From Octopus vulgaris (taxonomy: Eukaryota), in the NCBI GenBank assembly GCA_951406725.2, contig OX597818.1:138818001-138882000 (forward strand): DNA of 64,000 nucleotides. Direction: 5' to 3'. Below the pieces are notes generated by a model, which saw only the letters and a list, made by a program, of their open reading frames with translations, had not been told where the DNA came from and ran no database searches. The translations under genes and the position numbers were made by a program. This document shows, in pieces, positions 1 through 13,144 of the stretch (position 1 is the first letter of the stretch; each line of letters starts with the position of its first letter).

Positions 1-147
1 TTATTATTTTTATTATTATTATTATTTTTTTTCGGTGGCAACGTTGGGTGGGGGATGGGTGCCGAGAGGTGTTGCATGGTATAGTTAGCACAGTATCTAA
101 TTGTGCTGGCAATTTTTGTTGTTGTTGTTGTTACTATTATTATCATA

Positions 148-201
<54 letters not shown>

Positions 202-261
202 TTTAATTTTTATTATTATTATTATTATTACTATTTTTTATTATTATTATTGGTGTTAGTA

Positions 262-302
<41 letters not shown>

Positions 303-437
303 GTTTTTAATTTTTATTTTTATTATTATTATTACTATTTTTTATTATTATTGGTGTTAGTATTTTTATTATTATTATTACTATTTTTGTTATTATTATT
401 GGTGTTAGTATTTTTATTATTATCATTATTATTATTT

Positions 438-503
<66 letters not shown>

Positions 504-530
504 ATTATTGGTGTTAGTATTTTTATTTAT
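1..530. repeat. Degenerate (ATT)n microsatellite with recurring GGTGTTAGTATTTTT interruption
   Basis: Direct inspection; explains the poly-I/L/Y ORFs 103-360 and 351-590. Confidence 0.95.
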
Positions 531-1203
531 ATTTATCAGAGCATGTTTCCAGATTTCTATATGAGTGATGTGTGCAATTCTTTTCTCTAACCTCCCTCTT
601 TTTCTCTATCTCTCTTTCTCTCTGTCTGTCTGTCTGTCTCTCTGTCTCTCTCTCTCCGTTATATATATATTTTTTTTTTTAGTATACTTTGAAAAAATAT
701 CTTTATTGTGGCAAATGTTGCTATGAAAGGCTTTGTTATTTTTAATTTTCTTCGTTTGAGGAAGTTTAGTAGCCAGTAAGGATGAATGGTGGGGTAAAAA
801 CAGAACGCTAGGAAAATAAATAACCTGGTCTTTTAAATTTTTCTATAAATTATTTTTGTGCATGATTTATATAGGTATATATATTCAATGAACCCTCATT
901 AAACTGTACTAATGGGGAGTCAAAGTTGCCCATTTTAGCTGATTGTCTGAATTACCTCATAGTAAATTTTAATATGGTGTAAACGTATGATGTTGGAAAT
1001 ACATGCTGAATATGATAAGCCATAAGAAAATTGCACCATTAAAAACATGTCATCACTCGTGAGGGATAATAACTAGGTAGAATGTACCCTGCTTTTGCTA
1101 ATTGTTTTAGGTGTATGTGTAGCTGTGAGCAGACATAGATACCATCTTAGGTTTCCTGTTCTTTAACCCAGCTGGTCATCGATGTAATAACTTCTTCAGA
1201 GAC

Positions 1204-1678
1204 GGCCCATTTGCCAGCCTCATCTGGCACCTGTGTCGGTGGCACATAAAAACACCATCCGAGCGTGGCCGTCTGCCAGCCTCGTCTGGCACCTGTGTCG
1301 GTGGCACATAAAAAACACCATCCGAGCGTGGCTGTTCACCAGCCTCGTCTGGCACCTGTGTCGGTGGCACATAAAAAACACCATCCGAGCGTGGCCGTTC
1401 GCCAGCCTCGTCTGGCACCTGTGTCGGTGGCACATAAAAAACACCATCCGAGTGTGGCCGTTCGCCAGCCTCATCTGGCACCTGTGTCGGTGGCACATAA
1501 AATCACCCACTACACTCTCGGAGTGGTTGGCGTTAGGAAGGGCATCCAGCTGTAGAAACACTGCCAGATCTGACTGGCCTGGTGCAGCCTTCGGGCTCCC
1601 CAGACCCCAGTTGAACCGTCCAACCCATGCTAGCATGGAAAGCGGACGTTAAATGATGATGATGATGATGATGATGAT
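1204..1678 (+). mobile_element. Family C retroposon (SINE-like, (GAT)n tail) with five ~63-bp internal tandem units
   Basis: Units start at about 1204, 1267, 1330, 1393, 1456. They are followed by the conserved 3' block GGAAGGGCATCCAGCTGTAGAAAC...CCAACCCATGCTAGCATGGAAAGCGGACGTTAAA(TGA)n, which recurs elsewhere in the window. Confidence 0.9.
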
Positions 1679-2382
1679 TTTGACAAGGTCTCTTCAAGAA
1701 TTCTGTCTTTTGCAACTCTTACATGCTTCCTTGTACCAATGGATAATAAATAATTCAAAATTTGCATCTGTTATTATTTCAAAGAAAATTAAGTGAATTT
1801 GTCCTTACTTTTATGTATATCTTAAACAGTTTGCTTTTTAACACCATAATCTTCATAAAACCTCACCGCTAAAGCAGCAGTCTCTAACTTCCTTATAAGT
1901 TCCAGTTTCTAGTTCGCAGACAGAATCGCATACTACCTTTTTACAGTATATTAATTAGTTCACCTTGAAGACATAATGTAGAATGCAAGGCTGACAGATG
2001 CATAAGAACAAACCAAAAAAAAAAAAAAAAGAGAGACAGAGAGAGCAATACAACTTGTATTGTGAATGATAGTTATTATCATAGTGCAACCATGCTGAAC
2101 CTACCAGTCAGCAATTCCATGTAGATGGAATGAATGCCTTAGTACACTATAGTATAGTGATGGTTTATCTGTACTCTAGAGTAATGTTGGTGGTGTATAC
2201 ATGCTTTATATCAGTATTTGATGGTATCAGCTGTATAAACTGTAGCGTCTTAAAAACCAACTGCTGAAAGCAAGAGATTTCTGTAATTTCAGATCTCAGC
2301 AGTGAAGCATGTGCACCTCAGTTGGTTTGACTTAGCAGTGATCAGTGTCTGTCTGTAGATAGATGGATGGATAGATAGATAT

Positions 2383-2384
<2 letters not shown>

Positions 2385-2469
<85 letters not shown>

Positions 2470-2529
2470 TGACAGCCTGCTGGATATCCCGAAGGTGTTT
2501 TTCTTCATTATTAGCATCACTATTTTCTC

Positions 2530-2573
<44 letters not shown>

Positions 2574-2614
2574 CATACATATATATACATATATATAAAC
2601 ATATATATATAAAC

Positions 2615-2672
<58 letters not shown>

Positions 2673-2738
2673 AAAAAAAAAAATATATATATACACACAT
2701 ACATATATATACATATATATATACATATATATACATAC

Positions 2739-2794
<56 letters not shown>

Positions 2795-2932
2795 AAAAAA
2801 AATATGAGAGAGAATCACACAAATATGAGAGAGAATCCACTATGTGGATGCTCTTATGCTAAAAATAGATCCACAATGGTCTCAACCACTAAGAATTGTT
2901 CTCAAGAAAAATTTAGCACAACTATGAACCTA

Positions 2933-3000
<68 letters not shown>
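2385..3000. repeat. Cluster of (TA)n, (GA)n, (TG)n and poly-A tracts
   Basis: Direct inspection. Confidence 0.95.
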
Positions 3001-3002
<2 letters not shown>

Positions 3003-4086
3003 TGTTAAGAGTAATTGGAGCAAATATAATTTGTTGAGATCCAACTGAGATTGAAACATCTTTGTGCCTTCACCATTTGGCTTTAAAAGCAAATTCAACT
3101 CCTTAATGCAGTGTACTTATTTAAAAAAAAAAAAAAATGAATTAGTTGATATTATTGGAGTTATCTACCTTGCTTCCTGTTATTCAACCTTAAAGGGAGA
3201 TTTTGTCTTACAGTTGCAAGGCTAATTTCAGATAATTGGAAAATTTTCCAGTTCACTGTGTTGTGCTCCTTATGTGTGACTACTACATTTATTTGTGCTT
3301 ATCCATTTTTTTTTGTGCCTGTTAAATATCTCACACTGTATATTTTTTTTATCTCCTGACTTCTTGGCTAATTTGTCTCTTATCTCACTTAAGACCACCA
3401 CAGAAGTGTGAGATAAGTTCCATACCAATGACCACATATTGCATTTACCACACTTAAATTGATAATGCCGGTCAATCTACACTAGTTATATTGATGATAT
3501 CAGTGTCCACTAGTTACATTAATCATGCAAATGACCTCCACCACAGTCCATTGGTGTGTTGCTGATATTCTTATATACCTCAGCTATTTTCCTGATATTA
3601 ACACATTCTTGCGCCAGACGGCTATCTACCTCCATGTCTGTCTTTGGTTTTTTTGTCCTTCTCTATTTGTTTGTGTGATTCTCTCCTTTGTCTCTTATAT
3701 ATGTCTGTTTATCTACTGTCTTTGTTTATCTAAATAGCAATCTGTCTATCGATATCTATCTGTAGTATTTCAGCATCTTTCTGTGTCTGTCTGTTCATGT
3801 ATTTATCTCCGTTTCTTCTTTGCCAGTATGCCTGTCTGTCTCTGTGTATGCCTATGCATCAGTCCTATAAACCTACGTTCTTCTGTTTACCGTTTTTTAT
3901 ATTCTTACATGTTTATTTTCTCTTTTCTCTCGCCTATTACATGCCTTAAGGTGTTAGAACTGATTGTTCTGACTATAAATCCTATCACTGTGCATGCCAT
4001 TTGTGGCAAAAATCAATGAAACATTGTTCCACTGCTTTCCACTGTCATCATCCTCCCTGTTTTGGTTTTTTTTTTTTGTTGAAGGC

Positions 4087-4092
4087 AATAAC

Positions 4093-4151
<59 letters not shown>

Positions 4152-4175
4152 TAATAATGATAATAATAATAATGA
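4087..4175. repeat. (AAT)n microsatellite
   Basis: Direct inspection. Confidence 0.95.
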
Positions 4176-4675
4176 TAGCAATGGCAAGAAAGAGATTGTT
4201 GCTCTAGCAAAGATTCTTATTCCCTTTGGTTGGTTTTAGGAGAAAATAATGATGCCGAAGGTCCTTATAATACAATATGTTCCCTGCCTTAGTGTGGCAT
4301 CGATGCTGTCTTGGTGATCTTTGGTGGGTGGGTGGCTGGCTGGTTGTGGAGATGAGAATGAATTACTAAACTCCTGCATTCTTTTTCTTTGTCTATAATT
4401 ATTTACTGTGCATTTTATTGTATTTATTATTGGAATAAGGGAATCTCCTGAAAGATTTTCATTGGTTGTATTGACCTTTTTCAATTTTTCTTCTTTTTTA
4501 CCCTTGTTTTCACGACTTTGCTATTTTCTGGTAACATTATTCTGAATATTTCTTTCCGAAATGGCCATCGTTTTCTTCACTCTGTATGTAAAGAACGACC
4601 AAATGTTGTTCACATTTTCTATTTTTTATTGCCTTACTGAAGAATTTCCATATTAATGTACCTATAATGTTTCTT

Positions 4676-4676
<1 letters not shown>

Positions 4677-4733
<57 letters not shown>

Positions 4734-4883
4734 TTGAGATTGTGTGATAATGTTGTTGAATGTCAGGTGTGTGTTGTTTGTCTGTTGGGATTTGAGTTTG
4801 AACTTTCGTCTCTCACTTTGTGAATATGCTAAGAGAATGAGAAAAAGGATGAAAAGAATGTGGGATATAATCAGAGAGAAAGA

Positions 4884-4950
<67 letters not shown>
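4677..4950. repeat. (TG)n and (GA)n microsatellites
   Basis: Direct inspection. Confidence 0.95.
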
Positions 4951-5376
4951 TAGATGAAATAAAGAAACTGAAAGAAAAAATATTTGACAAAATAGCAATG
5001 TATAATATCTATAAGCAAAAATATTGAAAATAGTGATGTACATACATTCATATAAACAAGGTCTATGCCAGCGAAAGAAACCATTAACAAATGAATATGT
5101 ATGTAATATTGCATGTTTCATAATTTTTATGTCCATTTTGACAGTATTCTATGGTTGGATACTTTTCCTGTTGCCAACTCTTGTTTTTCAAGTATGGTTC
5201 TCTTATTCTGCTGGTCTTTCACATCATGTTCAAAACTGCTCAACTGCAGGATGTAGTTTTTGCAGGTGACATAAACACATTACTGTCACACAAACAGTGA
5301 TATGCAGAAATAAACATTTTTGCATGCTTACATGCACACAGATGTGCGCATGCACGCGTACGTGCATGTGTGTGTG

Positions 5377-5552
5377 TGAGGGATTTCTGCAAAGTTCCTG
5401 GCTTACAGGGTATCACAAAAGATCTGGTTGACAGCCCAACCTTCCAAGTTCTTTTACAGGGCTTTGAAAAACTAAAGGACCACTGCAATAACAGTGTGAA
5501 TTGGAGAGGGGAATATGTTGAATAAAATCATAATTAACTGATCTGCCTGTAT
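5377..5552 (+). mobile_element. Mariner-derived MITE remnant lacking its right TIR
   Basis: Aligns by eye to 45628-45810 (AAAGTTCCTGGCT...GGACCACTGCAATAA...GGGAATATGTTGAATAAAATCATAATTAACTGATC). Confidence 0.8.
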
Positions 5553-5558
5553 ATATAA

Positions 5559-5851
5559 TGCAAATATATGGGAAACTACCACCTGTGTCATCTCTTGTGA
5601 AAGGTAGGAGAGTCCAGTTTGCTGGACATTGTTGTAGAGCTGAAAAAGAAGTAATTTCTACTCTTCTCCTCTGGAAGCCATCTACTTGCAATACCTGAGG
5701 GCGCACACTCTCCTACCCTGATGTAATCTCCAGGGATACAGGCATCCAGCAACAGGACCTCCGTAATGCTATGATGGACCGTGAAGTCTGGCGTAACATA
5801 GTAAATTCCATTGTCTCGACCACGGTCGAACAATGATGATAATGATGATGA
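5559..5851 (+). mobile_element. 5'-truncated RTE-clade LINE 3' end
   Basis: The + frame reads IYGKLPPVSSLVKGRRVQFAGHCCRAEKEVISTLLLWKPSTCNT*GRTLSYPDVISRDTGIQQQDLRNAMMDREVWRNIVNSIVSTTVEQ*, resembling an RTE ORF C-terminus. It has a (TGA)n tail and an 11-bp TSD TGTATATATAA at 5548-5558 and 5852-5862. Confidence 0.9.
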
Positions 5852-6076
5852 TGTATATATAACTTCTCCATGTTTTGTATGTAATACCCAGCATTTGTGA
5901 CAGACTTTATATAAGAAAGAAACAGAAACTGGACAGGCTCTGAAAACCAGTATTGACCAAAGGAGAAGCAAGTGACTGAATTACATCTGATGTAAAAATG
6001 GTCATCAAATATCTTTATGATCAGAATTTTCTACTTGTGGGAACTAAAGGTGGCAGACATAATCCATTGCCTAGAT

Positions 6077-6151
6077 CAGGGGTTCTCAACCTTTTTTTTT
6101 TTTATCTATGGACCCTTTTGATTACTATTTTATTCTGATGGATGCCCATAA

Positions 6152-6185
<34 letters not shown>

Positions 6186-6615
6186 GTTTAGCGTCTGTTT
6201 TCCATGCTAGCATGGGTTGGACGGTTCTACTGGGGTCTGTGAAGCCAGAAGGCTTCATCAGGCCCATACACATTGATAGAAAGAAAGATCCTTTAACTTC
6301 AACAATGCATCTCAGAACTGCATCATGTAAATGTGCACTCATTCACAGATTAAAGTAACGAGTTTGGAGTATAAAGTGATTGCGCAAAGTTGAAAAAAAT
6401 CCTATGATATTTTTATAATTAAAAATTAGGAATTGTATAGAAAATTGGCTCTTCAGACCTCAGTCAAACTGTCCAACCCATGCCAGCATAGAAAACGGAT
6501 GTTAGACAATGATGACAATTTTGTGTATTGTAGAAGTATAACCAAACACAAACTTTAACAACAAAATCTTATGTGGGTCTCCAAGGGCCATATGGACCCT
6601 GGTTGAGAATCACTG
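6077..6615. mobile_element. hAT (Charlie-like) non-autonomous element with nested family C fragment
   Basis: TIRs CAGGGGTTCTCAACC / GGTTGAGAATCACTG; perfect 8-bp TSD GCCTAGAT at 6069-6076 and 6616-6623; family C 3' end at 6152-6266 (-). Confidence 0.9.
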
Positions 6616-6867
6616 GCCTAGATTAACATCTCTACCATCTGGCATTTTGGGTGTTTTTTGCAAGTGCTCTTTGTTGCAAGTGTTCAAGGGAAGTCTTTGG
6701 TTTGAGTACAGCAAAACCAATCAGTCTCAAGCAGGCTGCAGCAAGACAACTGCAAAGCTTTGTATCTGTTTACCTGCTTAGCTCATCATTTCCTCTCCTC
6801 TTAATCAGAACATAGTTGAGGTATGACAGTCACCTTGAGTGTGTCAATTCCCACAATGCCTAGGCAT

Positions 6868-6909
6868 ATGTTTGAGTATCTGTGCCTTGCAGCACAGATA
6901 CTCAAACAT
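6868..6909. repeat. Perfect 18-bp inverted repeat with 6-nt loop
   Basis: ATGTTTGAGTATCTGTGC-cttgca-GCACAGATACTCAAACAT. Confidence 0.9.
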
Positions 6910-7002
6910 GACTGGTGCCAAACTGTGAGTGCATCTGCATGTTATTCCACTGCTTAGTCACTCTATTACTTGAAGAGTTGCATACACTTTGAGAAATAAT
7001 TC

Positions 7003-7392
7003 TGGATGGAAGCACTCCGTCGGTTACGACGATGAGGGTTCTGGTTGATCCGAATCAACGGAACAGCTGCTCGTGAAACTAATGTGTAAGTGGCTGAGCA
7101 CTCCACAGACACGTGTACCCTTAACGTAGTTCTCGGGGATATTCAGCGTGACACAGAGAGTGACAAGGCCGGCCCTTTGAAATACAGGTACAACAGAAAC
7201 AGGAAGTAAGAGTGAGAGAAAGTTGTGGTGAAAGAGTACAGCAGGGATCACCACCATCCCCTGCCGGAGCCTCGTGGAGCTTTTTAGGTGTTTTCGCTCA
7301 ATAAACACTCACAACGCCCGGTCTGGGAATCGAAACTGCGATCCTATGACCGCGAGTCTGCTGCCCTAACCACTGGCCCATTGTGCCTCCAC
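7003..7392 (-). mobile_element. Family B tRNA-derived SINE, full length
   Basis: A/B-box head on the minus strand, near-identical to 34918-35298; TSD AGAAATAATT at 6992-7001 and 7393-7402. Confidence 0.93.
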
Positions 7393-8184
7393 AGAAATAA
7401 TTTTATACTCCTCATGATTTTGTTAAAAGTCAGTTCCTATGTGTGCTGAGCATTTGCTGTGTTCTAATCATAAAGATGGGTCCAATCTCTGCCAGCATAG
7501 AGAATGGACATTAAAGGATGCTGATGACGATCCCAAGATGTCATTAAGGTAGACCGTTATAAATTCCACAACTATACTGAGGTATGTGTCAATTTTCCTA
7601 ACCACTGCTTTACCTCCATGGTGAATTTGTTATTCACTTCAATGATTCTTTGTAGCTTTATACTTAAATACATACATGAACATATGTGATACAGCCGTAT
7701 ATAAATGTAACACATTTCCATCTACATTGATTAACATAATTTTGGACAGATTGTATAGGGAAATGTTTTCTATAAATATGGAAATCTGTGTGTTTGTGAC
7801 CAGGTCTTTGTTTAGTTATATGGGTGCGCTTTAAGTTATGCATACGGTTGAATAAATGTATGAATGACTTGACTTTTGCCATAACCTTTAGAGGTGATTA
7901 AGTGTAGTTCTCTTTGAAGTTCTATCTATTACTGGTACAAATGAGCTGAACTCATTTTACCACTTCACTGCCAGGTCAGATGATCATAGCACCTGGCTAA
8001 TACTTAGACAGTTAATCCTCACAGTACCTAACCAACCTCAACATTGCTTTACTCCGTTAAGCTCACAGGAGTGTTTCATGATGGTCCATTGACTATAATC
8101 AGCAGTCTTTGAATAAATTTCATTATGAAGACAGTTGATATTGCCAACAACAACAACATCAGCAATCGCAGTAATTTACTTACT

Positions 8185-8587
8185 TACTTTTTACTTTTTC
8201 TACTTGTTTCAGTCAGTTGACTGCGGCCATGCTGGAGCACCGCCTTTAGTCGAGCAAATCGACCCCGGGACTTATTCTTTGTAATCCCAGTACTTATTCT
8301 ATCGGTCTCTTTTTGCCAAACCTTTAAATGACGGGGACGTAAACACACCAGCATCGGTTGTCAAGCAATGCTAGGGGGACAAACACAGACACACACACAT
8401 ACATATACATATATACATATATACGACAGGCTTGTTTCAGTTTCCGTCTACCAAATCCACTCACAAGGCTTTGGTCGGCCTGGGGCTATAGCAGAAGACA
8501 CTTGCCCAAGATGCCACGCAGTGGGACTGAACCCGGAACCATGTGGTTGGTTAGCAAGCTACTTACCACACAGCCACTCCTGCTCCT
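8185..8587 (-). mobile_element. Family A tRNA-derived SINE (CORE-like CTTGGGCAAGT motif, internal microsatellite)
   Basis: Reverse complement of the copies at 9453, 37197, 50088 and 55397. Confidence 0.93.
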
Positions 8588-9452
8588 ATGCCTCTGTCAC
8601 TAATAAATATTGTATGGTGAGGGAAAACTCGCTGACGTCCACATACCTGTCTGGAAAGGTAAAAAAAAAGCATCTGTACTGATTGAACTAGCTATAACAC
8701 AGTATCAGCTCATTGAAAGTTTGTAATTAGCCCTGGGGAATAGTTTAGTTGATTAAAATAATACCAGTTCTTATTTTATTTTTCAACTCTGGAAGTTTAA
8801 AGACCTTGGTGAGATTTGAACACAGTTGCTGGGATCCGTAACTAACTATCACATGATGATGATTATAATTCCTTCTTTTATAATTATTTATTTATTATAA
8901 TAATAGCTGATCATATTATTACTATCATCATCATCATTAGTAGCATTTTATTTGGACAAAGATATTTTCCTTCAGAACTTCTTACAAATATTTATACATT
9001 TCCAAAACCTATTCACTATAAGGTAGCTGAACCTCCCTACTATGCTTATATGAGAAATCTGACATGACTTTGAAGGATTATGGAAATTTATGGTAATTTG
9101 TGACTGGTAAATTAGCATTAATAACATTTTTTTTTCTTTTCATATATATTGCTGTAGAGAAAGTTCATCTTTACGTCTTAAGAGTTAAGAGTTGAACTGG
9201 AGAGAGGTACTAGATTTAAAAATTTGGGCATTTATATTTCCATTACAATAGGGTGAAAGAAGTTCTGTACTGAATAAGCACTAAGAAAAAGATTGAACAC
9301 GAATGCTTCAATGGAACATTGTCGAGATTGCTTTTTAATTTGTTCCTGAGATGGATTCTAAGTACATTTTACTGTCATTGTGTGTATGTGCATATGCATA
9401 TTCTTACCTGTATGCATGTCATTGCATGTGTATATTTATGTATATATATATA

Positions 9453-9850
9453 GGCGCAGGAGTGGCTGTGTGGTAAGTAGCTTGCTAACCAACCACATGG
9501 TTGGGTTCAATCCCACTGCGTGGCATCTTGGGCAAGTGTCTTCTGCTATAGCCCCGGGCCGACCAATGCCTTGTGAGTGGATTTGGTAGACGGAAACTGA
9601 AAGAAGCCTGTCGTATATATGTATATATATATATGTATGTGTGTGTGTTTGTGTGTCTGTGTTTGTCCCCCTAGCATTGCTTGACAACCGATGCTGGTGT
9701 GTGTTTACGTCCCCGTCACTTAGCGGTTCGGCAAAAGAGACCGATAGAATAAGTACTGGGCTTACAAAGAATAAGTCCCAGGGTCGATTTGCTCGACTAA
9801 AGGCGGTGCTCAGCATGGCCACAGTCAAATGACTGAAACAAGTGAAAGAG

Positions 9851-9853
<3 letters not shown>
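9453..9853 (+). mobile_element. Family A SINE
   Basis: GGCGCAGGAGTGGCTGTGTGGTAAG head with B-box-like GGTTCAATCCC, internal (TA)/(TG) tract, tail TGACTGAAACAAGTGAAAGAG. Confidence 0.93.
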
Positions 9854-9901
<48 letters not shown>

Positions 9902-10122
9902 TGAGAACTAGAACATAAACTGAAAACTTCTTAATGATACAAATACATAGGGGTGGCCTATAAGCAAGTAAATGTCTTCTTTGGTAGCCTTTGGTTGACT
10001 AACTCCTTGTGGAGTTGATATGGTTTGACAAAATTCACAATACTTCTTAAAAGTGATACTCCTGCAAGACCACAGTTCAATGATTGAAAACAGCAAATGA
10101 ATTAAAAAATTTATTTTGCAAT

Positions 10123-10472
10123 AGGTACACACATAGCTGTGTGGTCAGAGGCTTGCTTCCCAACCGCATAGTGTCAGGTTCAATCTCACTGCATGTGACA
10201 CCTTGGGTTCTTTTATAACCTCAGACTGATCAATGCCTTGTGAATGGATTTGGTAGACAGAAACTGAAAGAAGCCTATTGCATGTGTGTGTGTGTGTGTG
10301 TCTTTGTGTTTGTGTTTGTCCTTCATCACTGCTTGACAACCAGTGTTGGTGTGTTTACATCCATGTAGCTTAGTGGTTCAGTAAAGCGACCGATAGAATA
10401 AGTACTTGACTTAAAGAATAAATCCTGGGGGTTGATTCATTCGACTAAAAACTCTTCAAGGCGGTGCTTCAG
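10123..10472 (+). mobile_element. Family A SINE, diverged copy
   Basis: Colinear similarity to other family A copies. Confidence 0.85.
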
Positions 10473-10720
10473 CTAACAACCCTTTTTTCACTGTAACCAA
10501 TATATTCTTGCAAACTTTGAGTATCATCATCATCATCATCATCATCATCATTATTCATTTTTACATTTATATGATAAGAAATATATTTCTTATCACTTTA
10601 TGGCTTCTTAATATTGTTTGTTGTTGCTTAACCCTGACCAACTGTGATCAAGCAGACCTACTATCAAAAGTATTCGAGACATGACTGTTTTCATCTTTTC
10701 CTTCTAATCCAAACATTTAA

Positions 10721-10941
10721 CCCTTTTGTTGCCGTATTTATTTTGAGATGCTCTGTTTTTCTTTGAATAATTTTAAATATAACAAAGAATTTAGTAAAAT
10801 GACTTCATGATCATTAAGCTAGTGTTGGGAACATAAATTGTGACTAAGGTTTGGTGGAAGATTTTGATTACAACCTTATGAAAGCAAGACATTTGTATTA
10901 CAGAGCCAGAGCCAGTTTCAGCCGGGTTGGTAACGAAAGGG
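10721..10941. mobile_element. piggyBac-like MITE, family P1
   Basis: TTAA|CCCTTTTGTTGCC ... GGTAACGAAAGGG|TTAA; homologous to 38535-38754 and 52328-52548. Confidence 0.9.
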
Positions 10942-11834
10942 TTAAGAACAAAACTTCACTAGCTCAATACTTCCACCAGCTAAACAGCCATCATATATCA
11001 TGCTAGTATGCGTTGGTCAGTATTCCATAAAGTGCTGTCTGTTAGGTAATGTTTCTGTTATTGGTATTAAGCTCTTTTTCTGTCTCTTTCTTCTTCTGCT
11101 ACAAGATGTACCTTTGTTCCTCAGAAGTTGCTATGTTGGCACACTACATAATAAAGTCACTAATTGTAAATACTATTCATATCCCAATTTATATCACTTG
11201 CTACACTTCAAACTACAATTGCATTTCTATGTAATCTCATGTCAATTTTTTCAGGTGTGTGTTAAGTTCATCCACTAATTGCAAATGTAGGTAAGCTTCA
11301 AAAAATACAATGGGTTCTTTCTTCCAATGAAAATCAAATGGAAGAAAATAGTAACTAAACTAATTTAATATGAGTTTTAGAAAGATTGGACTGAACTGCT
11401 CAAATAGGTTTGGGATTTTGCTACAATTGTAGCTTAGCTGTCATATTTTGAGAACCAAGGAAAATAGAAGTAGCATGTTAATTAGGATAAGTGATTGAGG
11501 AACCGCAATCGGTTATATCTGTGTATTGATTGTTAGTCTCCATAATCTGGATTGGGCAGTAACAAATCAATTTCTTTGGATTACATTTCAGAGATTATAA
11601 TCTTTTACTTCTTTGGTCAGGAGTGTTCACGCAGATATTCAGCTGTTTTTTTTTTTTTTTTTTTCCAGAAGTCTGTTTTCACTTAAGTTAATGATTTGAG
11701 ATAGTTGTAGATGGGTGGGCATGGGAAAACTCAACTACAATGAAACTGACAGTACCAACTACAGCAATACAACTACATTGCATTACTTAATCTTACACCA
11801 TTTAATTAAATATTCTGATGTTGTATAACACTAG

Positions 11835-12480
11835 ATATCATATGATATCTGGTTTGCTGACTGTATGGATTAATTCCAGCTCAGACAATATCAGTCCAAA
11901 TATAATACTGTACAGCATGGAGTCTACCAAACAATGCTGTACCATCCAGTTGAATTTATGTGATATTTGGTGTGCTGAACATATGGGTTAATCCTAGCTC
12001 AGACTGACACACTAACTACCAAACACTTCGGTACTTTCAGCATGAAGTCTGTCAAACAATATGGGACCACCTAATTGATCACCTAATTCATGTGTTATCT
12101 GCTGTGCTGAACAAATGCATTATAATTCTAGCTCAAAGTGACATACTTGGAAGCACTCCGTCGGTTACGACGATGAGGGTTCCTGTTGATCCGAATCAAC
12201 GGAACAGCCTGTTCGTGAAATTAACGTGTAAGTGGCTGAGCACTCCACAGACACGTGTACCCTTAACGTAGTTCTCGGGGATATTCAGCGTGACACAGAG
12301 AGTGACAAGGCCGGCCCTTGAAATACAGGTACAACAGAAACAGGAAGTAAGAGTGAGAGAAAGTTGTGGCGAAAGAGTACAGCAGGGATCACCACCATCC
12401 CCTGCCGGAGCCTCGTGGTGACATACTAACCTCTAAACAAAACTGTATAGCATGGAATCTAGCAAATCATGTGTTTACCA
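11835..12480. repeat. Old three-unit ~120-135-bp tandem repeat, third unit split by a SINE
   Basis: The motif series TGCTGA..AGCTCA..AGCATG(G/A)A(G/A)TCT..CAAA recurs three times. Confidence 0.75.
12148..12417 (-). mobile_element. Family B SINE, 5'-truncated
   Basis: Matches the 3' two-thirds of family B; TSD GTGACATACT at 12138-12147 and 12418-12427. Confidence 0.92.
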
Positions 12481-12572
12481 AACTTATGCATAGTAAATTT
12501 GATATATGATGGCTGTTTAGCTTGTGGAAGTATCGTTCTTAAATGTTTGAATTAGATACCTCCATGTGACTA

Positions 12573-13090
12573 GAGGGACATGGCTTAGTGGTTAGGGTAT
12601 TGCATTGTCATATATCATAATCATTGGCATATATCATAAGGCGGCGAGCTGGCAGAAATGTTAGCACGCCGGGAGAAATGCTTAGCGGTATTTCGTCTGC
12701 CGTTACGTTGTGAGTTCAAATTCTGCCGAGGTTGACTTGGCCTTTCATCCTATCGGGGTCGATAAATTAAGTACCAGTTACGCACTGGGGTCGATGTAAT
12801 CGATTTAATACCTATGTCTGTCCTTGTTTGTCCCCTCTGTGTTTAGCCCCTTGTGGATAATTAAGAAATAGGTTAGGGTATTGCATTGTAAGTTTGTGGT
12901 TTTGATTCCTGGCCCAGTGATGCATTGTGTTCTTGAGCAAAACACATCATTGCTTGTTGCTCCAATTCACTCAGATGGCCAAAATGAGTAATCCTGAGAT
13001 AGACAGGTATCCCATCCAGGAGTGAAATATATACACTGCATAATCCGGTAAACTGGCCTTATGAGCCTATGGTCCAGAAAGGATCTCTTG
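12573..13090 (+). mobile_element. Older tRNA-head SINE (family F) interrupted by a family E SINE
   Basis: TGGCTTAGTGGTTAGGG A box, then GTGTTCTTGAGCAAAACAC after the insertion; related to 52034-52318 and 62300-62525. Confidence 0.7.
12640..12870 (+). mobile_element. Family E SINE (Meta-domain-like GCCTTTCATCCT..CGGGGTCGATAAATTAAGTACCAG)
   Basis: Head GGCGGCGAGCTGGCAGAA with B box GAGTTCAAATTC; 19-bp TSD GGTTAGGGTATTGCATTGT at 12590-12608 and 12871-12889. Confidence 0.9.
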
Positions 13091-13144
13091 ATCCTTTTGA
13101 TAGGTTTACTGCTAGGATAGCTACCTACGTCTATATAGGAAAAC

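Noticed and set aside
1204-1505. CRISPR-like regular repeats, also at 17853 and 29377
   Set aside because: No unique spacers, no cas genes and a eukaryotic context; these are tandem units or microsatellite spacers.
4236-4484. 82-aa minus-strand ORF in unique sequence
   Set aside because: No recognisable motif and no convincing splice sites.
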